A DNA stretch of 64,000 nt, taken from assembly GCA_964626665.1 (NCBI GenBank), contig CAZVGK010000003.1:64001-128000 (forward strand), in the 5' to 3' direction. Position numbers and translations under genes: made by a program. The stretch comes from an uncultured Gemmatimonadota bacterium. Lineage in GTDB: Bacteria; SM23-81; DAOVCL01. Under the pieces are notes generated by a model. It was not told the origin of the DNA and searched no databases. It worked only from the letters and a program-made list of their open reading frames with translations. The first letter of the stretch is position 1; every line of letters begins with the position of its first letter. Positions 60,382 through 64,000 of the stretch are shown here, one piece after another.

Positions 60382-60841
60382 CTTCGTTAAGGATCTCCCC
60401 TGCCTTTTTTATTGCCTTGATAATCTTGACATACCCGGTGCACCTACAGAGGTTGCCGGAGATGGCCTCTTTTATCTCCTCCTCTGTGGGATGTGGGTTT
60501 TCCCTGAGGAGGGCCTGAGCTGCCAGGATCATCCCCGGGGTGCAGAACCCACATTGCACAGCGCCCTCATCAAGAAATGCCTGCTGAATCGGGTGAAGCT
60601 CATCCCAGTTGGTCATCCCTTCCAGGGTTTCGATGCTATGACCGGCAGCCTGAGGGGCAAACAGGAGACAGGATTTGGCCAATTTCCCATCCAAGATCAC
60701 CGAGCAGGCCCCGCATTCACCCGTCTCACACCCTCTTTTTACGCTCTTATACCCCTCCCTTCTCAATAGGTTAAGGAGAATCTCACCGGGAGAGGTGTTT
60801 AATCTCTTCAAAACTCCATTTATGGTTAGTTCGATTTGCAT
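60374..60841 (-). CDS. Xanthine dehydrogenase family [2Fe-2S] subunit
   Basis: [27 protein letters not shown]. Confidence 0.95.
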   Translation of the reverse strand: MQIELTINGVLKRLNTSPGEILLNLLRREGYKSVKRGCETGECGACSVILDGKLAKSCLLFAPQAAGHSIETLEGMTNWDELHPIQQAFLDEGAVQCGFCTPGMILAAQALLRENPHPTEEEIKEAISGNLCRCTGYVKIIKAIKKAGEILNEDV

Positions 60842-60851
60842 AGGTCTATAG

Positions 60852-61074
60852 CCACGGATTGCACGGATTCACCGAATCTTTGGAACACGAATAAACAAAT
60901 CTACACGAATAAATGATCTACCACGGAAATTCACGGAAAAAAGCAATTATGAATTGAGAATTAAAAATTAAAAATAAGTATGCTGACTATTCCTGAGCCC
61001 CGGAAACTGACTCCCGATCTCTGAAAAACTGATCCCTGTTTTTCCCTGCATAGTCCGTGGTTATCCGTGGTGAA
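60852..61074. repeat. Composite 9-mer/7-mer spacer element
   Basis: Colinear with 46921-47140; overlaps the stop of the upstream gene. Confidence 0.75.
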
Positions 61075-61858
61075 TTATTCCTAACTCTTCAATCATGTCA
61101 ATAAATAAAGCAGAGGCGATCTCCTTCTTGAATTCGGCATCTCCTCTAAGATCAGAAAACGCCTTCACATCCTTCCTGAAAGCACTACTTATCTTATTCT
61201 CGTCTATCTCTCCACTTTCTATTGCACTTTCCAAGCCCTCTATCCTCTGCGGAACTTTCCAGAGCCCCCCAACTACGGCGTGAACCTCTGAGAATCGAGT
61301 GAGAACACAAACAACCTGGGGGATGTCCACTTCGGTCCTGGAAAATCTCCGATAAAACCCCTTTCCCCCTTTGGGCACAACTACCTCCACCAAAAGCATT
61401 CGCCTAAATCGAGTATCCTTCAGGAAGGAATCAATCCCCACCTTATGTGGCTCTCCATCAAAGAGAAGGAGATCGGCATCTGTTGCTAAGAGGATGGGGA
61501 CAATATCGCTCCAGTATACCCGGGACATTAGGTTGCCCCCGATAGTGGAAAAGTTTCTCACTGCAGGTGAACCCAACCTCCTTGCGGCTTTATTCAATAT
61601 CCCCGAAAAGGAGCTGGTAATAACTTCTGATTCCGCAATCTCGGTTACTGTGGTCATTGCCCCAATACCGATAACTTGTTCATCGTCTTTAATGTAATTG
61701 AGCCCAAGGGCTTGGAGGTCGATCAAATTCTCCACTTCAATGCTCTTCCTCTGAGTAAACAGCGTCCCCCCAGCAAGGAATGCAGCCTTTCCCCTTTGGT
61801 AAATTTTGTAGGCTTCCTCAACCGATTTAGGCCTTATATATTCTCCAATCTGGCTCAT
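61061..61858 (-). CDS. Molybdopterin dehydrogenase FAD-binding subunit (YgfM-like)
   Basis: RPKSVEEA, LAGGT, IGAMTT, VRNFSTIGGN. Confidence 0.85.
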   Translation of the reverse strand: MSQIGEYIRPKSVEEAYKIYQRGKAAFLAGGTLFTQRKSIEVENLIDLQALGLNYIKDDEQVIGIGAMTTVTEIAESEVITSSFSGILNKAARRLGSPAVRNFSTIGGNLMSRVYWSDIVPILLATDADLLLFDGEPHKVGIDSFLKDTRFRRMLLVEVVVPKGGKGFYRRFSRTEVDIPQVVCVLTRFSEVHAVVGGLWKVPQRIEGLESAIESGEIDENKISSAFRKDVKAFSDLRGDAEFKKEIASALFIDMIEELGIIHHG

Positions 61859-62688
61859 AGTTCCAGCAGCCCCTGCTTGAGTAGAGCCCCCACCATTCTC
61901 CGGCGATACTCAGATGTGGAACGTATATCCGAGATTGGCTTCGCTTCATCCTGGATGATTCTGCTGGCCTCATCGATGAGCTCTGGGTCCAATGGCTTAG
62001 AATTTAAGAACCTTGCCGTCCGCTGGGCGTAGGTAACAGTAGGGGCCACGGCACCAAGGGCAATGGATACATCGGTCAACCTCCTCCGCTGAAATACACC
62101 CTTAAAGGCCACGGATACCTTGGAGATGACCATTGCTCTCCTCTGCCCCAATTTACTAAAAAACCAACGCTCATCTTTCTCCCTTTTCCTCAAGCTAACC
62201 TCAGTAAGTAGCTCATCTTTCTCCATCAGGCTCTCCCCTGGTCCTGAGAAAAAATGGGAGATGGAGATAGTCCGTTTTCCCCTTTGGCTCCTAAGAATAA
62301 GCGTGGCCCTATGGACAAAGAGGGGAGGAACCGTATCGCCTGCCGGTGAGGCATTTGCTATATTCCCCCCAATGGTTCCTAAATTTCTTATCTGAGGTGA
62401 CCCCATCTTGCCCGCCGCATCAGAAAGCACGGGCGCATAGGCATTAATCACCTCTGATCTGAAAATTTCCTCCAGGGTGGTTAGTGCACCTATCCTCAAT
62501 TCCTTTTGCCCCTCCTTGATGTAATCGAGGGGCAACCTCCTGATGTTGATAACAGCCTGAGGATGAAAGGTCCCTTCTTTCATCCTCACCACGAGATCTG
62601 TCCCGCCCGCCAGTATACGGGCTTTCCCCTTCAGCCTAGTGAGGATCTCCGTAGCTTCCTCTACTGTTTCAGGTGAGTATATCTTCAG
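61855..62688 (-). CDS. Xanthine dehydrogenase family FAD-binding subunit (probable CTG start)
   Basis: Frame extends upstream of 62592 through KIYSPETVEEA...ILAGGTDL; QIRNLGTIGGNIANASPAGD; PISDIRSTSEYR. Confidence 0.88.
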   Translation of the reverse strand: MKIYSPETVEEATEILTRLKGKARILAGGTDLVVRMKEGTFHPQAVINIRRLPLDYIKEGQKELRIGALTTLEEIFRSEVINAYAPVLSDAAGKMGSPQIRNLGTIGGNIANASPAGDTVPPLFVHRATLILRSQRGKRTISISHFFSGPGESLMEKDELLTEVSLRKREKDERWFFSKLGQRRAMVISKVSVAFKGVFQRRRLTDVSIALGAVAPTVTYAQRTARFLNSKPLDPELIDEASRIIQDEAKPISDIRSTSEYRRRMVGALLKQGLLEL

Positions 62689-62737
62689 AACTTAGCTCCC
62701 TTTGGTTGCAAAGCCCGCAGGCCATAAGGTTGAACAG

Positions 62738-62870
62738 GTGTCAGGAGGTAACTCCTGACACCACGAAAAATAGAATCTGTCTCAATCTGCGTTCACCCCG
62801 TTAAATAATTAAAAATAAACACCATCACACTCTCAAAATGGTTTTTATTTAACAGGGTTAATCTGCGTCC
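62738..62870. repeat. Hairpin plus CCCCGTTAAATA element within 9-mer repeats
   Basis: GGTGTCAGGAGGTAACTCCTGACACC; CACCCCGTTAAATAA...TTATTTAACAGGGT homologous to 31863-31925. Confidence 0.7.
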
Positions 62871-63633
62871 CATTCTTTGAATTCCTGACGGAGATTATCT
62901 CAGCCATAATGCTCACGGCGATCTCTCCTGGAGTCTTGGAACCAATCTTCAGGCCAATCGGTGCATGAACTCCCCTTAATAACTTCTCAGAGACGCCTTT
63001 ATCCCGCAATCTGGTAAGGATAGCCTCTGTCTTTTCTTTACTGGCTACCATTCCAATGTAGGCATAATCTTTTTCAATACACCCCCTAAGCACAGTCTCA
63101 TCTGTCCGATGGGCGCGAGTTGCCACCACAATATAAGAATTATCGTCTAAATGGAGATCGGGGATTATCTTTTTGTAATCACCAAAAATGAGCTGTTTTG
63201 CCTCAGGCAACCTCTCCTTTTTGACAAATTCCTCCCGATCATCTACTACGGTTACCTCAAATCCGGCGTAAGGGGCTATCTGGGAGAGAGCCTGGCCAAT
63301 ATGACCTGCCCCAAAGATGAAGAGGCGTGGATCGGTTAAAACTGGTTCAATAAATATTTTGACTCCTCCACCACAAAGCAGACCATTGGTTTCTTTCAGC
63401 TCATATGCCAGGAGTTGGGGAACCTTTGTCCTAATCGCCTCTATCCCCTTCTTAATTACGGCAAATTCTACCCGACCGCCCCCGACTGTTCCAATTGTGT
63501 TGCCGTCCTCCTTTATTATCATTTTTGCCCCAGATTTTCCCGGGCTGGAACCTGAAGATTCCACCACTGTGGCCAAGGCAAGGGCCTTCCCCTGGTTAAG
63601 GAGATTCACTATTTCCTTATATATCTTCCCCAT
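62845..63633 (-). CDS. XdhC/CoxI family molybdenum cofactor insertion chaperone
   Basis: ATVV...GSSP...GAKM, GTVGGG..E, CGG, FGAGHI, DDR, YIGM, APIGL.IG..TP.EIAVSI. Confidence 0.93.
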   Translation of the reverse strand: MGKIYKEIVNLLNQGKALALATVVESSGSSPGKSGAKMIIKEDGNTIGTVGGGRVEFAVIKKGIEAIRTKVPQLLAYELKETNGLLCGGGVKIFIEPVLTDPRLFIFGAGHIGQALSQIAPYAGFEVTVVDDREEFVKKERLPEAKQLIFGDYKKIIPDLHLDDNSYIVVATRAHRTDETVLRGCIEKDYAYIGMVASKEKTEAILTRLRDKGVSEKLLRGVHAPIGLKIGSKTPGEIAVSIMAEIISVRNSKNGTQINPVK

Positions 63634-63647
63634 CAGTATTTATATCT

Positions 63648-63797
63648 CACCACGAAGCCACCGAATAGCATCTTACAATGGTCAATTAGCAATTAGCAAG
63701 TTAAAATGAACTAAAGATGGGAAATGCAGTAGTATCCATTGATAATTGTTAATTAATCATTAACCATTTCTTTGTCAATTAGTGGCTATCCGTGGCT
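63648..63797. repeat. 9-mer/7-mer spacer element
   Basis: CCACGAAGCCACCGAAT ... CAATTAG repeats ... AGTGGCTATCCGTGG. Confidence 0.5.
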
Positions 63798-64000
63798 AAT
63801 TATCCCCTATATTTAACCTCTTTGCCGCCTTCCCTATCGCTTTTATGATCTTGCTGTATCCTGTGCACCTGCAGAGATTTCCTGATATTGCCTCCTTTAT
63901 CTCCCCTTCGCTCGGATCTTGGTTTTTCATCAGCAACGCCTTTGCTGAAAGTATCATCCCAGGCGTGCAGAACCCGCATTGGACTGCTCCCTCTTCGATG
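63796..64000 (-). CDS. Second [2Fe-2S] subunit of a xanthine dehydrogenase family enzyme (5' end outside the window)
   Basis: Manual translation: [23 protein letters not shown]...[28 protein letters not shown]. Confidence 0.92.
   Translation of the reverse strand, partial: IEEGAVQCGFCTPGMILSAKALLMKNQDPSEGEIKEAISGNLCRCTGYSKIIKAIGKAAKRLNIGDN

Overview
Bacterial window from a diderm, LPS-producing, probably anaerobic organism. The many secreted proteins with a T9SS/FlgD-Ig-like C-terminal domain (CTD) suggest an uncultured FCB-group lineage (inference). Nearly all genes are on the minus strand. 1-17.4 kb: a lolC/E fragment, then a tandem array of six CTD-bearing secreted proteins, including three mosaic paralogues and a C25/gingipain-like protease. 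17.5-19.7 kb: ParB-like protein, GT2 and STAS genes. 19.8-23.9 kb: a 4.1-kb island bounded by 33-bp direct repeats that duplicate the 3' end of a lipoprotein gene; it carries a SIR2-STAND-TPR-cold-shock (Avs5-like) defence gene that looks like an integron cassette, plus a MITE. 24-38 kb: LPS/surface-polysaccharide genes, with an AT-rich glycosyltransferase insert and two genes broken by in-frame TGA. 38-42 kb: gcvH-gcvPA-gcvPB. 42-64 kb: an anaerobic purine/pyrimidine catabolic cluster (xdh-type subunits, xdhC-type chaperone, ade, preT, preA, ssnA, a threonine-synthase-like PLP enzyme). preT and preA are separated by an insert encoding a large beta-helix CTD protein and a putative nuclease/HEPN pair. 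Most spacers in this cluster hold nested miniature palindromic elements and 7-/9-nt periodic repeats, some of which supply stop codons and C-termini. No tRNA, rRNA, CRISPR array, integrase or transposase was recognised. Product calls come from motif recognition by eye; no searches were run.
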